Shown: positions 8,677 to 18,758 of the stretch, one piece after another
How positions within the stretch are numbered: the first letter of the stretch is position 1
Layout of the letters: every line of letters begins with the position of its first letter
Origin: an uncultured virus (IMG/VR IMGVR_UViG_3300009183_000092)
Taxonomy: Duplodnaviria > Heunggongvirae > Uroviricota > Caudoviricetes
IMG/VR virus record: IMGVR_UViG_3300009183_000092
Strand: one strand, 5' to 3'
Length of the DNA: 64,000 nt
Notes under the pieces: generated by a model
The model's input: the letters and a program-made list of their open reading frames with translations, nothing else
The model's database searches: none
What the model was told of the DNA's origin: nothing
Position numbers and translations under genes: made by a program

Positions 8677-8801
8677 AGGTTATTTTTTAACAAAGATAAT
8701 TAATTTAATTAAATTACAAAATTATTTTAAAAAAAAGTTAAAAATATTTGGGAATATAAAAATTAATATTAAATTTGTGCTTCATTAATCAAAAACACTT
8801 T

Positions 8802-8999
8802 ATGGAAATCAAAACAGAATTAAGGCTTCATGAAAGAATAAAAGAAGCTATGGATGGCCGTACGCAAAGGTGGCTATCATTAAATGCAAAGATACCAGAA
8901 TCAGAATTATCTCGTAAGATGCAAGGTAAATTATTATTTACAGATGCAGAAATAGCTCGTATAAACGAAGCCTTGAAAACCGATTTAATAAACGATTAA
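8802..8999 (+). CDS. Cro/XRE-like helix-turn-helix regulator
   Basis: TQRWLS....IPESELSRKMQG...FT..E; first gene of a divergent operon; ATG at 8802 preferred. Confidence 0.75.
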   Translation: MEIKTELRLHERIKEAMDGRTQRWLSLNAKIPESELSRKMQGKLLFTDAEIARINEALKTDLIND

Positions 9000-9009
9000 G
9001 ATAATCAAA

Positions 9010-9705
9010 ATGCCAAAAGATACATTCTACTTCTCACACGACTATAATGCTCGTAATGATGAGAAGATAAAAAGGCTAATAAGAAAACATGGCATGATAG
9101 GCTATGGTATATTTTGGTCTATAGTTGAAGATTTATATAATAATGCAAACGCATTGCGAACGGATTACGAAGGCATTGCGTATGATTTAAGGTCGGATTG
9201 CGAAGTTGTTGCATCCGTAGTAAATGATTTTGATTTATTCATTTTTGATGGTGATTTTTTTGGTAGTAATTCTGTTCAAGAAAGATTAGACCAAAGAAAT
9301 AATAAAAGCGAAAGTGCAAGAAAATCAGCTAGTTATAGATGGGAAAATGCGAACGCATTGCAAACGCAATCCGAAGGCAATGCTAAAAAGGAAAGGAAAG
9401 GAAAGGAAATAAAAGGAAAGGAAAAGAAAATAAAATATAAGGATAATGTTCTTTTGACTGAAAATGAAAATCAAAAACTTGTTTCTGAACATGGTAAAGA
9501 AATAATTGAAAAAGCATATGAATTTTTATCATCTTATAAGATTGAAAAGTCATATTCTACAAAATCTGATTACCTAACTATACGTAGATGGGTGCTAGAT
9601 GCCGTAAAGAAGCCAAATAAGACGGTTTCTCCTCAAAATAATAATAACCCTTACCAACAACAATTAGATGCCGCTAGAACGGCTTATAAAACAATTTCTG
9701 AATAA
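9010..9705 (+). CDS. DUF4373 (Lin1244/Lin1753-like) replication initiator
   Basis: YFSHDYNARNDEKI..L..KHG..GYGIFW.IVE. Confidence 0.8.
   Translation: MPKDTFYFSHDYNARNDEKIKRLIRKHGMIGYGIFWSIVEDLYNNANALRTDYEGIAYDLRSDCEVVASVVNDFDLFIFDGDFFGSNSVQERLDQRNNKSESARKSASYRWENANALQTQSEGNAKKERKGKEIKGKEKKIKYKDNVLLTENENQKLVSEHGKEIIEKAYEFLSSYKIEKSYSTKSDYLTIRRWVLDAVKKPNKTVSPQNNNNPYQQQLDAARTAYKTISE
9144..9430 (+). repeat. 11-bp iteron-like tandem repeats (TGCGAACGCAT consensus) plus purine tract; candidate origin
   Basis: Repeats at 9144, 9155, 9166, 9177 and 9348, 9359, 9370, followed by a GGAAA-rich tract. Confidence 0.55.
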
Positions 9706-11567
9706 TGATTACAATTTTTAAAAACATTTTTAGCAAAGAGCCTCATTTTATAACCGTAGAAAAGGCACTTGAAAGGATTAAATTAGGTGCAAGTAAGCAG
9801 TTGGTAATGGATATTAGATTGGCCCTAGATAAGGAAAAAGCCAATAAATTGAAGTTAAATTTGCCATCAATATGCTTTAGTGGTAAATTTGGTGCTGATA
9901 GAAAAGATGAACAGCTTATTGAGCATAGTGGTTTTATTGTGCTTGATTTTGATGATATTTCTGAATTAAGAGATAAGCAAACCGAAATAATATCTTATAA
10001 ATTTATTTATGCTTGTTGGGTTAGTCCATCTGGTAATGGCTTAAAAGCATTAGTAAAAATAGCCGATGGAAAAAAACACAGAGAGCATTTTCAGTCTCTT
10101 CAGGATGTTTTTCCTGAGATTGACCGTAGTGGGATTAATGTAAGCAGGGTTTGTTATGAAAGTTTTGATCCTGATATTTATATAAACGAAAATGCTGAAG
10201 TTTTTGCAAAAGCCAAGAAAATAGAAAAGGTAGTAGTTTCTGAAACTGAAAATTTAGATGATTCAGAAAATTTCCGTAGAATATTAAAATGGCTTACTAA
10301 TAAAAATGATGCATTTGTAACCGGAGAAAGAAACACTTACATTTTTAAACTTGCTTCGGCTTGTTGTAGATTTGGTATTGGAGAAGAGTCGGCATTAAGT
10401 CTAATATCCACTGAATATACAGTTAGCAATGATTTCACAATGTCTGAAATGAGAAGTGCTGTTAAAAGTGGTTACAGGGCAAATAAGAATAACTTTGGCA
10501 CTGCTTCTTTGCAAAAAGAAAAGCTTGTAAGCAAAACTACAAATTATGAGATTGATGTTAAAAAAGAATTTACAGAAGAGGTTGGAGAGAGTTATAGAGT
10601 AGAAGATGTAGTATATGGAATTGATGTAAAAGATAGAGCATTGTATATCAATCAGAATGGATTTGATAAAGTTTTAGGAATTGGGATTCAGCAAATAGAT
10701 TATTTATTTAAACCAAAAAGAGGTGAAATTACTTTACTTACTGGTATTGGTAACTACGGTAAAACGGCATGGCAAAAAGCTCAATTACTTATGAGAATGG
10801 TTATGTTTGGAGAGAAGGTTGCAACATTTTCTCCAGAGGATGTGCCAGCGGAAGAGTATTTTCATGATTATGTTGAAATGCTTTTGGGTTGCGAATGTAC
10901 ACCTTATAATCCAAATAGACCACCCGATGATATTTATGAGGCAGCTTATGATTTTGTATCTAAACATATTTTTTATATAAGTGCTGAAATGCTATCACCA
11001 ACACCTCAATATATCAAAGAAAAATTCTTAGAATTGATAGTACAAGAAAAAGTTGATTACTGTTGTATTGATCCATTTAACCAAATGACAAATGATTATA
11101 AAGGTTATGGAGGAAGGACTGATAAATATCTTGAAACATTATTAGCAGATTTCTCAAGATTTGCTAGAAAAAATGATGTGTATTTTTGGATTATTGCGCA
11201 TCCTAAATTAATGGAAAGAGATAGGACTGGTAATTATAAATGTCCTGATGTGTTTGATGTAAATGATGGTGCAATGTGGTCAAATAAAATGGATAATATT
11301 TTAGTTTATCATAGACCATTTGCGCAGACAGATCCAAACAATCCATTGGCAGAATTCCACTCAAAAAAAATAAAGAAGAAAAGCGTAGGTAGAAAAGGTT
11401 TTATGATGCTTGATTATGTATGGGAAAGAAGAAGATTTTACATAGAAGGTAGAGACATATTGCAGGAGTTATTAAACAATAAAAAAATGGATTTTTGGAA
11501 ACGCAAAGAAGCTAGTCAATCATGGCTTCCATATAAAGATGAAAACGGAGAAGAAGTAATATTTTAA
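9705..11567 (+). CDS. Primase (BT4734/VirE-N-like, PriCT) fused to DnaB-like helicase
   Basis: SG..VLDFD, SPSGNGLK, GERN...FKLA; Walker A TGIGNYGKT; Walker B CCIDPFN; IIAHP. Confidence 0.85.
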   Translation: MITIFKNIFSKEPHFITVEKALERIKLGASKQLVMDIRLALDKEKANKLKLNLPSICFSGKFGADRKDEQLIEHSGFIVLDFDDISELRDKQTEIISYKFIYACWVSPSGNGLKALVKIADGKKHREHFQSLQDVFPEIDRSGINVSRVCYESFDPDIYINENAEVFAKAKKIEKVVVSETENLDDSENFRRILKWLTNKNDAFVTGERNTYIFKLASACCRFGIGEESALSLISTEYTVSNDFTMSEMRSAVKSGYRANKNNFGTASLQKEKLVSKTTNYEIDVKKEFTEEVGESYRVEDVVYGIDVKDRALYINQNGFDKVLGIGIQQIDYLFKPKRGEITLLTGIGNYGKTAWQKAQLLMRMVMFGEKVATFSPEDVPAEEYFHDYVEMLLGCECTPYNPNRPPDDIYEAAYDFVSKHIFYISAEMLSPTPQYIKEKFLELIVQEKVDYCCIDPFNQMTNDYKGYGGRTDKYLETLLADFSRFARKNDVYFWIIAHPKLMERDRTGNYKCPDVFDVNDGAMWSNKMDNILVYHRPFAQTDPNNPLAEFHSKKIKKKSVGRKGFMMLDYVWERRRFYIEGRDILQELLNNKKMDFWKRKEASQSWLPYKDENGEEVIF

Positions 11568-11587
11568 TAATAATAAAAACAAAAACA

Positions 11588-11926
11588 ATGATTAGAATTT
11601 CAGTTATTGGTCGTTTAGGCCAAGATGCAGTAGTAAACACAGTGAACGGTAAGACAGTGATTAATTTTTCTATGGCTTACAGCGAAAAGTTTAAAAACCA
11701 ACAAGGTGAAGATGTAGATAAAACTACATGGGTATCTTGTGCTTATTGGACTGATAAATTAAACGTATCAAACTATCTTAAAAAAGGTACTTTGATTTAC
11801 ATGGAAGGAAAGCCAGAAGCTAAAACTTATTTAAACGATAAGACAAAAGAAACCGTTGCTCAATTACATTCAAGAGTAACTTCAATTCAATTATTATCAA
11901 GTTCAAAAGATGAAAATCCACTGTAA
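11588..11926 (+). CDS. ssb: Single-stranded DNA-binding protein
   Basis: IGRLGQDA...FS.A...T.W..C..W...YLKKG..IY.EG. Confidence 0.92.
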   Translation: MIRISVIGRLGQDAVVNTVNGKTVINFSMAYSEKFKNQQGEDVDKTTWVSCAYWTDKLNVSNYLKKGTLIYMEGKPEAKTYLNDKTKETVAQLHSRVTSIQLLSSSKDENPL

Positions 11927-12150
11927 TGTATATACACGAATTAACAAATATTATTGACGTTGAAACCCCACTAGGATATGGAAAAGCAATCGCATGGATT
12001 GATTACGGAAGCCAAATCAACACTGTTTGGAAAGTCATATTATACGACAGTGGCATGGTCAGGAACTTTTATGATGACGACATTCTTGTTTACCCCAATA
12101 ACATGGATGGCGGACAATTAAATTTAGATTATTTTAAAAACAAAAAATAA
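11926..12150 (+). CDS. Hypothetical protein
   Basis: VETPLG.G.A..WIDYG pattern; TAATG coupling. Confidence 0.7.
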   Translation: MYIHELTNIIDVETPLGYGKAIAWIDYGSQINTVWKVILYDSGMVRNFYDDDILVYPNNMDGGQLNLDYFKNKK

Positions 12151-12154
12151 TACT

Positions 12155-12427
12155 ATGCAACAAGAATTAGTATTTAATGGAGCTGATTATGACCACGAAA
12201 GAGATGGTAAAAGATTAGCTAAAAACCACTTGAAATTAAAAGATTTAATGAAGGATAAGGTATATAGAACTTTGGGTGAAATATCCCATATTACCAATAT
12301 ACCGGAAGCTTCAGTATCTGCCGGATTAAGAGATTTTAGGAAAGAAAGGTTCGGAAGTCATATTTTGAATAAAAAATATTTAGAAAATGGCTTATATTCG
12401 TACCAATTAATCCTAAATAACGAATAA
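12155..12427 (+). CDS. Winged-HTH protein
   Basis: RTLGEIS.....PEASVSA.LRDFRK..FG. Confidence 0.7.
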   Translation: MQQELVFNGADYDHERDGKRLAKNHLKLKDLMKDKVYRTLGEISHITNIPEASVSAGLRDFRKERFGSHILNKKYLENGLYSYQLILNNE

Positions 12428-12428
12428 A

Positions 12429-12551
12429 ATGGCTAAAGTAAAATCAGACTCCAGAAAAATTACTTTTGGTAAAAGAAAGACTGGTAGTGCAAAAAAAACT
12501 TATAACAAGCACTCTCCAAAACCCAAAGATTATAGAGGTCAGGGGAGGTAA
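12429..12551 (+). CDS. 40-aa basic protein ending YRGQGR
   Basis: Manual translation; YRGQG terminus is common in small phage proteins. Confidence 0.7.
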   Translation: MAKVKSDSRKITFGKRKTGSAKKTYNKHSPKPKDYRGQGR

Positions 12552-12560
12552 AATTAAATT

Positions 12561-12704
12561 ATGAATAACAAAGCCGCAAAGAAACTAAGAAGATTATCTG
12601 TAGCATTAGCAGCGGGTGCTGGTAAAACTATTGATGATGTTGAAAGAATTTATAAAAACCTTAAATCGGTTTATAAAGAAAATAAAAAAGCCCCTAAAAA
12701 CTAG
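12561..12704 (+). CDS. 47-aa basic protein
   Basis: Manual translation MNNKAAKKLRRLSVALAAG... Confidence 0.55.
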   Translation: MNNKAAKKLRRLSVALAAGAGKTIDDVERIYKNLKSVYKENKKAPKN

Positions 12705-12709
12705 GGGCT
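12684..12709 (-). terminator. Intrinsic terminator between convergent genes
   Basis: AGCCCCTA/TAGGGGCT 8-bp stem, U-run on the minus strand. Confidence 0.7.
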
Positions 12710-12715
12710 AATTTA

Positions 12716-12961
12716 CTAAGCATTTGCTGCTGTAAGAACTTGGTTAACTGTAGAAGTTACAATTAATTGTACGCTTCTTTGGTTTAAACCAGTTGGAGGA
12801 AGAGTTATTACAGAGTTAGCAGTAGCTCCATTAACAGGGTTTGCACCTGTGTAAGGAACAACTACAATACCTTGAGATGGGATAGCACATACTACACCAC
12901 CCGATGTTGCTGTTGCGTATTGGTTTCTTTGTAAAACCGTTACTGCGAAAATGTTTGCCAT
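12716..12961 (-). CDS. Small beta-rich protein, possibly virion-associated
   Basis: 81 aa, Thr/Val/Ala-rich; own TATATTTG box (13005-13012) and terminator. Confidence 0.65.
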   Translation of the reverse strand: MANIFAVTVLQRNQYATATSGGVVCAIPSQGIVVVPYTGANPVNGATANSVITLPPTGLNQRSVQLIVTSTVNQVLTAANA

Positions 12962-13084
12962 TTTGTTTTTGTTTTAATTGTTATATAATATTTTTTTGGC
13001 AGTACAAATATAATCTATTTTTATGTTTATTTAAAATTGATTAAGTTAATAAAATCATTACCTTTGAATTAAATTAATTAAATT

Positions 13085-13750
13085 ATGAATTTAAAAGCTC
13101 CTTTAAATAGAGTTATTATTAAGGTTGATTTAGAAAGTAAGAATAGCCATACATTCAAGGATGGCACAAAGATTAAGTTAGAAAGGGTGTATGACAATTT
13201 TAATATGCGTTATGTTAAGCCTGTTAATGCGGAAGTGGTAAATGCAAAAAACATACCTGTTGGTTCTGAAATTTTAATACATCATAATGCTACTCATGAT
13301 ACTTATAAAATTTTTAATTACCAAAGACCTACAGCGGAAGCTTCATCTAGCATGCAGTATTTTTCAATACCTATTGAAGAGTGCTTTATGTGGAGAGGTG
13401 AAAAAGGTTCTACATGGAACGCCTTAAATAATTTTATTACTGGATTAAGAATATTTGAGCCATATACTGGTTTTTTAGAAGGAATTGAGCCAACATTAGT
13501 TAAAAATAAGATTTATGTTACAAGTGGAGAATTAGAAGGAAATGTAGTTGGAACAGTAATATCTAGTGATTATGAAATTATATATCAAGATGATGATGGG
13601 ACTGAGGGTAAAATTATAAGATTAAGATATTACCCAGAAGGTAATGATAGAAATGAAGTAATTTCAATTGAGCATGAATTAACTAATAAAGTTAAAAATG
13701 GCGAACTACTAGTTGGTTATAATATTTCAGATGCTAAAAAATTAAATTAA
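13085..13750 (+). CDS. GroES-like fold protein
   Basis: LKAPLNRVIIKV...AEVV...VG.EILIHHN resembles phage GroES-like proteins. Confidence 0.5.
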   Translation: MNLKAPLNRVIIKVDLESKNSHTFKDGTKIKLERVYDNFNMRYVKPVNAEVVNAKNIPVGSEILIHHNATHDTYKIFNYQRPTAEASSSMQYFSIPIEECFMWRGEKGSTWNALNNFITGLRIFEPYTGFLEGIEPTLVKNKIYVTSGELEGNVVGTVISSDYEIIYQDDDGTEGKIIRLRYYPEGNDRNEVISIEHELTNKVKNGELLVGYNISDAKKLN

Positions 13751-14139
13751 TGTCAGCAGAATTAGAGAATAAAATAAAAGATTTAGAAAAGCAAATTTCT
13801 TATTTGCAAGGCAAAAACGCTTATTATGAGCAAGATGGGATTGGAAAATTATACCATGCTCTTAATAGGAAAGCAAATGAAATGGCGGAATTATTAAATA
13901 AAACTAGCCTTACAGCAATTGATATTGATGATCCCAAGATTAAGACATTTGAAAGATTGCAAAAAATTTGGGTAGATGCAGGAACAATTTCATCATCAAT
14001 CAAGGCCTTGGAAGTGCTTGCAGGTATTAATCAAGAAGTAAAAGATGATAAAAAAGAACAAGTTCAAGTTACTAAAAAACCATTTTCTCCAGAAGATATG
14101 GCTAATGCCGTAGGTGAATTAGCTGGTAAAAGATATTAA
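13750..14139 (+). CDS. Putative terminase small subunit
   Basis: Helical protein immediately upstream of terL; assignment is positional. Confidence 0.45.
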   Translation: MSAELENKIKDLEKQISYLQGKNAYYEQDGIGKLYHALNRKANEMAELLNKTSLTAIDIDDPKIKTFERLQKIWVDAGTISSSIKALEVLAGINQEVKDDKKEQVQVTKKPFSPEDMANAVGELAGKRY

Positions 14140-14141
14140 TT

Positions 14142-16190
14142 ATGTATAATAAAATTGAAGGCGGAAGTGTAGTAAATATACAGGGATTGCTTTGCAATTT
14201 GCCTCCTGAAGGTTATGTGTTTAATATAATTACAAAACAAGTAGAATTTAGAGGGGTTTACAAAAGGTCTGAAATTGAATCAGAGCAATATTGGAAAAGA
14301 ATAATGTTACCAGATTGGTACCAAGATACTATGAAGAAATGGGATGAATTTGATAAAAAGAAAAAAGATGATGAGGTTGAATTTTATGATGAAAGATTAG
14401 AAGAATATAAGAAACAAGAATGGGATAGAAGGTTGAATGGATTTTGGTATATGAATAATGGCACACCAATATATTTAACAGGTTTGCATTATTTATATTT
14501 ACAATGGTGGCCCATAGATATAGGTTATCCTAAGTTCAGAATGCCAGATTTGGAAAAGTTTTATTTCATGGACTATTGTATTCAAGATCCGTTGTGTATG
14601 GGGATGCTTGAAGTAACTAAAAGACGTTTTGGTAAGTCATTTGTGGCCGGTCTGTTTGTTTCTGAATACATTACTAGAACCAAGATGACAAACGGTGGTA
14701 TTCAGTCTAAAACAGGATCTGATGCTAAAAAATTCTTTGCTAAAACTGTAGTAAATCCTTTTAGAAGGCTTCCTAAGTTTTTTAGACCAGAATATGATAT
14801 GTCTTTGGGTGTTAATCCTAAGACTGAGATGAGATTCCAAAAAACAAACGTAAGAGGTAAAAAAGCAGAAGATAGCGTAGATAAAGATGAATTAGGATCA
14901 ATTATTGACCACCAGTCGGCAGATACAGTTGCTTATGATGGACAGAAACTACATAGATACGTAGCAGATGAGTGTGGTAAAACTACAGAAGTGAATGTAT
15001 ATGATAGACACGAGGTTGTGCGTTATTGTTTGCTAGATGACGAAGGAAAGATTATTGGGAAGGCTTTATATACTACTACAGTAGAAAAATTAACTACCGA
15101 AAAAGATGGGGTTCAAGATGCGTTTAAATTATTATGGGAGGAAAGTAATCAAGACAAAAGGCAAGAAAATGGAACTACATCAAGTGGATTATATAGATTT
15201 TTCATGTCGGCCAAAAGAACTAGAAATTTTGATGACTTTGGATTCCCAGATGAAAATAAAACTTTAGACCAGATTTTAGCAGATAGGGAAACAGTTAAAA
15301 ATAACTCAAGGGCCCTATCTGCTCGTATTAGAAAAGAACCATTAACTATAGATGAAGCTTTTAGTACGGATTCCGATAAGTGCATATTCAATGTAATGAA
15401 TATAGGAGCTAGAGAACAATATTTAAAAGAAACTCCTGTATTAAAACGTCATATAATGTTCTATAGAGATATAGACCAGACTGTTAGATGGAGAAATATT
15501 ACAGATAAAGAAGAAGATTTTCATTGGGTAATTACACAGTTCCCAAAACCAGGAGAAGAAAACAAGCACACTTTTGATGTTAAAACAAGAAAACCAGGTA
15601 GGGTTTCGGATGGCGCAATAGCTATTGACGGATATAGTAATAGTCAAGGTGGTAAATATGGCTCTAAGGCCTCTGCATGGATTGGTAGGAGGTATGATTT
15701 ATTAAATCCAGAGCATACTGGTAAGCCTATTGGGCATCTTTATGGGAGACCACAAATAAAAGAAACTCTTCACGAGCAAGTTCTTTTGGCTGCTGAATTT
15801 TATGGTTATCAGGCATGGTATGAGCATAATAGTGATGATTATTTATCATATTTTAGAGATAGAGGTAGGGTTGGTTATTTGGGTTCATATCCTATGTCAA
15901 CTATTGCTCCAGATAAAAGAGAAACAGCAGATAGGCACAAGGGTTTCCCAACAACTCCGTTTAGTTTGACAAAGCAAACAGATGTGGGGATTATGTATTT
16001 TGAATCTCATATAGATTCAATAGATTTTGAAAATTTACTTGAAGATGCCAAAAAGTTTGATCCAAATAATAGAACAGATTATGACATAACTGTGTCTTTT
16101 TTGATGTTAATAGTTTGTTTAATGGAGCCTATTCAAAAACAAGTTAAACGAGAACCATTGGTGAAAAGTTATGTTCCTGTGTTTAATTAA
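14142..16190 (+). CDS. terL: Terminase large subunit
   Basis: Walker A TKRRFGKS, Walker B YVADECGK, nuclease IAIDGY and YD..VS. Confidence 0.9.
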   Translation: MYNKIEGGSVVNIQGLLCNLPPEGYVFNIITKQVEFRGVYKRSEIESEQYWKRIMLPDWYQDTMKKWDEFDKKKKDDEVEFYDERLEEYKKQEWDRRLNGFWYMNNGTPIYLTGLHYLYLQWWPIDIGYPKFRMPDLEKFYFMDYCIQDPLCMGMLEVTKRRFGKSFVAGLFVSEYITRTKMTNGGIQSKTGSDAKKFFAKTVVNPFRRLPKFFRPEYDMSLGVNPKTEMRFQKTNVRGKKAEDSVDKDELGSIIDHQSADTVAYDGQKLHRYVADECGKTTEVNVYDRHEVVRYCLLDDEGKIIGKALYTTTVEKLTTEKDGVQDAFKLLWEESNQDKRQENGTTSSGLYRFFMSAKRTRNFDDFGFPDENKTLDQILADRETVKNNSRALSARIRKEPLTIDEAFSTDSDKCIFNVMNIGAREQYLKETPVLKRHIMFYRDIDQTVRWRNITDKEEDFHWVITQFPKPGEENKHTFDVKTRKPGRVSDGAIAIDGYSNSQGGKYGSKASAWIGRRYDLLNPEHTGKPIGHLYGRPQIKETLHEQVLLAAEFYGYQAWYEHNSDDYLSYFRDRGRVGYLGSYPMSTIAPDKRETADRHKGFPTTPFSLTKQTDVGIMYFESHIDSIDFENLLEDAKKFDPNNRTDYDITVSFLMLIVCLMEPIQKQVKREPLVKSYVPVFN

Positions 16191-16220
16191 TTAAAATTTT
16201 ACTAAATTCTTAATATTTAG

Positions 16221-16228
16221 TATATTTG
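16221..16228 (+). promoter_or_regulatory. -7 promoter box upstream of portal
   Basis: TATATTTG. Confidence 0.55.
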
Positions 16229-16246
16229 ACGTAAAATATATTCAAA

Positions 16247-18736
16247 TTGGCAGATAGTCCCTTATCCATATCGGCAGCAAATAGTAATGGTGAAGCTTTA
16301 AAAAAGTTTCAAATTACTACAGACGTATCTTCTAAAAAAGATTATACTTATGGCAAAAATGTTGCTCAAAGCATTTATTCTACAATCTATGGTAATCAAA
16401 CTTATTTTTGGTTAAGAAATAATAGATTTAGAAAAAATAGACAAATAGCAAACGGAAAGATTGACATGAGTGTCTTTATGGATCGTTTAGAAATGAATAG
16501 CAAAGCAAACTTTGTAAACATCAATTGGAAATCAATTATTATTGGTAATACAATTGTCGCAAGGTTAGTTGGTTCATGGATGAGTAGAAAGGAAAAAATA
16601 AGTGTAACTGCGACAGATGAGGCTTCTGCAATGGCCAAGAAACATGCGGCAAGTGAAGCTGAGTTTGTTTATAATAATAAAGAAGTTTTAGCTCAATTGC
16701 AAGATGAGTCTGGAATACCTTTGGTACCACCAAGTCAATTTGTTGCAGAAGATAAAGATGAATTAGATCAATGGATAATGGAATTCAACCATTTACCAGA
16801 AGAAATTTTATATAGTTTAGGTTGTAACAATGTTTTAGAAGCAAATGGATGGAACGATGTTTTAAAACAAAGATTATTACATGATTCAGCAGAAGTTGGA
16901 TTAGTATGTACTTATACTTGGATGGATGAAGAAGGAGAGGTTCATGTTCAATGGATTCGCCCAGAAAATGCAATTTATTCTTATTCAGATTTTCCTGATT
17001 TTAGAGATACTACTTATAGAGGACATATCTTATCAATGAAAATTAGTGAGATAAGAGCAAGATATAGCAAACAGGCTGGAGGTTCATTAAGTGAGGAGGA
17101 TATTTTTGCTTTGGCACAATCTTCTAAAGAATATCAACTTACAGACAAGATTAAGTGGATGCAAGACTGGAATGTTGCTTGGTTGAGACCTTATGATGAA
17201 TGGAATATTGACTTAATGCAATTTGAAATTAAGACATTAGATGCTGATGGATATACTGTTACCAAGACAAAGAAAAATGGTAGTACTATTATAAAAAAGG
17301 GTAAACCAGAAAAATTAGATGATAATCAGCAATATTTAGAAGAGAAAAAATGGAATATATATGAAGGTGTATATTGTCCAGTTACTCAAAAGATGATTAA
17401 GTGGGGTATTAAAAAAAACATGATTCGCCCACAAGATCCAAAAGAAATAGGTAACTCAGAATTTTCTTACAGCTTTTATATGTATGATCCTTATGACATG
17501 CGTAACGTTGCTGTACCAGAAAAAATTGAAGAGCCTATTGAACAAATGATTTTAGCTAGATTAAAAATACAACAATTAGTAGCTAAGATGGTACCAGCAG
17601 GTGCAGCTATTGATGTGGATGCAATGCAGGAATTAGATTTAGGTTTGGGTGATTCAGTTAAACCATTAGATGTTCAAAGAATATGGGAACAAACAGGTAA
17701 ACTTTATTATCGTGGCAGAGATGCTGAAGGTAATAGAATTCCTGTTCCAATTACTGAATTGGCTAATAGCGGTTTTGCGCCTCAATTACAAGCTTTGATT
17801 CAATTATATCAATTCCATTATCAAGTATTAAAAGATGAATTAGGAGAAGATCCTAATTTAATGAATCAAGCTGCACAACCAAGAGTTGCCGCTTCAAATA
17901 TTGAAGCTTCAAGAGTATTGGCAAATAATGCTACAGAATATATGTATGATGCATATATTTATGTAATGGAAGAAACTAGCAAAAAAATTGCTTGTTTATT
18001 AAACAAAAGTGTAACATTTGGTGCAAAAAAATATAGAGATTTACTTAGAGAAGAAGATGTGAAAAATAGAAATTTTGTTGCAACAATAAAAATGCTTCCA
18101 AGTGAAATGGAAATTGCAAATTTGCAAGCAATGATGAATAACTCTATTGCTTCAAATCCTCAATTAGTAATTTACCTAGATCCATTTAAGGCAATGAGAA
18201 TTGCTAAAGAAAATGTAGCATTAGCTGAATTATATTTTAGACAAGCGCAGAAGAGATATATAAAAACAGAACAAGAAAAAGCTCAAGCGAATAGCGAACA
18301 AAATGCACAAATACAGCAATCTAGTATGCAAGCAAAAGCTCAAGGAGATGCTGCATTATTGGATAAGCAAACACAAGCAAAACAAAGAGAAATTATAATT
18401 CAAGGTATGTTTGATTTAGCTAAGGCCAATATTCCTATGCCAGCTGAATTAAAGCCTTTAGTTGCTGAGATGTTACAAAATGTTGAAATGCCATTAATGA
18501 TGGATAATCAACAAATGGAACAAGCTATTCAACAACAGCAAATGCAGCAGCAACAAGCGGCAATGCAACAACAGCAACAACAACAGGGTCAAGGACAAGA
18601 ACAACAAGGTCAAGAACAAGAAATGTCACCAGAGGAACAACAGATGATGGCAGAACAACAAGGCCAAGGTCAAGAAGAAATGTCACCAGAAGAACAGCAG
18701 ATGATGGCACAACAAATGGAAATGCAACAACAATAA
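16247..18736 (+). CDS. Portal protein with Gln-rich C-terminal tail
   Basis: Position after terL, size, WEQTG.LYYR and PITEL motifs seen in Bacteroidota podovirus portals. Confidence 0.8.
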   Translation: MADSPLSISAANSNGEALKKFQITTDVSSKKDYTYGKNVAQSIYSTIYGNQTYFWLRNNRFRKNRQIANGKIDMSVFMDRLEMNSKANFVNINWKSIIIGNTIVARLVGSWMSRKEKISVTATDEASAMAKKHAASEAEFVYNNKEVLAQLQDESGIPLVPPSQFVAEDKDELDQWIMEFNHLPEEILYSLGCNNVLEANGWNDVLKQRLLHDSAEVGLVCTYTWMDEEGEVHVQWIRPENAIYSYSDFPDFRDTTYRGHILSMKISEIRARYSKQAGGSLSEEDIFALAQSSKEYQLTDKIKWMQDWNVAWLRPYDEWNIDLMQFEIKTLDADGYTVTKTKKNGSTIIKKGKPEKLDDNQQYLEEKKWNIYEGVYCPVTQKMIKWGIKKNMIRPQDPKEIGNSEFSYSFYMYDPYDMRNVAVPEKIEEPIEQMILARLKIQQLVAKMVPAGAAIDVDAMQELDLGLGDSVKPLDVQRIWEQTGKLYYRGRDAEGNRIPVPITELANSGFAPQLQALIQLYQFHYQVLKDELGEDPNLMNQAAQPRVAASNIEASRVLANNATEYMYDAYIYVMEETSKKIACLLNKSVTFGAKKYRDLLREEDVKNRNFVATIKMLPSEMEIANLQAMMNNSIASNPQLVIYLDPFKAMRIAKENVALAELYFRQAQKRYIKTEQEKAQANSEQNAQIQQSSMQAKAQGDAALLDKQTQAKQREIIIQGMFDLAKANIPMPAELKPLVAEMLQNVEMPLMMDNQQMEQAIQQQQMQQQQAAMQQQQQQQGQGQEQQGQEQEMSPEEQQMMAEQQGQGQEEMSPEEQQMMAQQMEMQQQ

Positions 18737-18758
18737 ATAAAAATTAAAATAAAAAAAA

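Noticed and set aside
14142..16190. Intein or group I intron in terminase
   Set aside because: Uninterrupted ORF with normally spaced motifs and no splicing or homing-endonuclease signatures.
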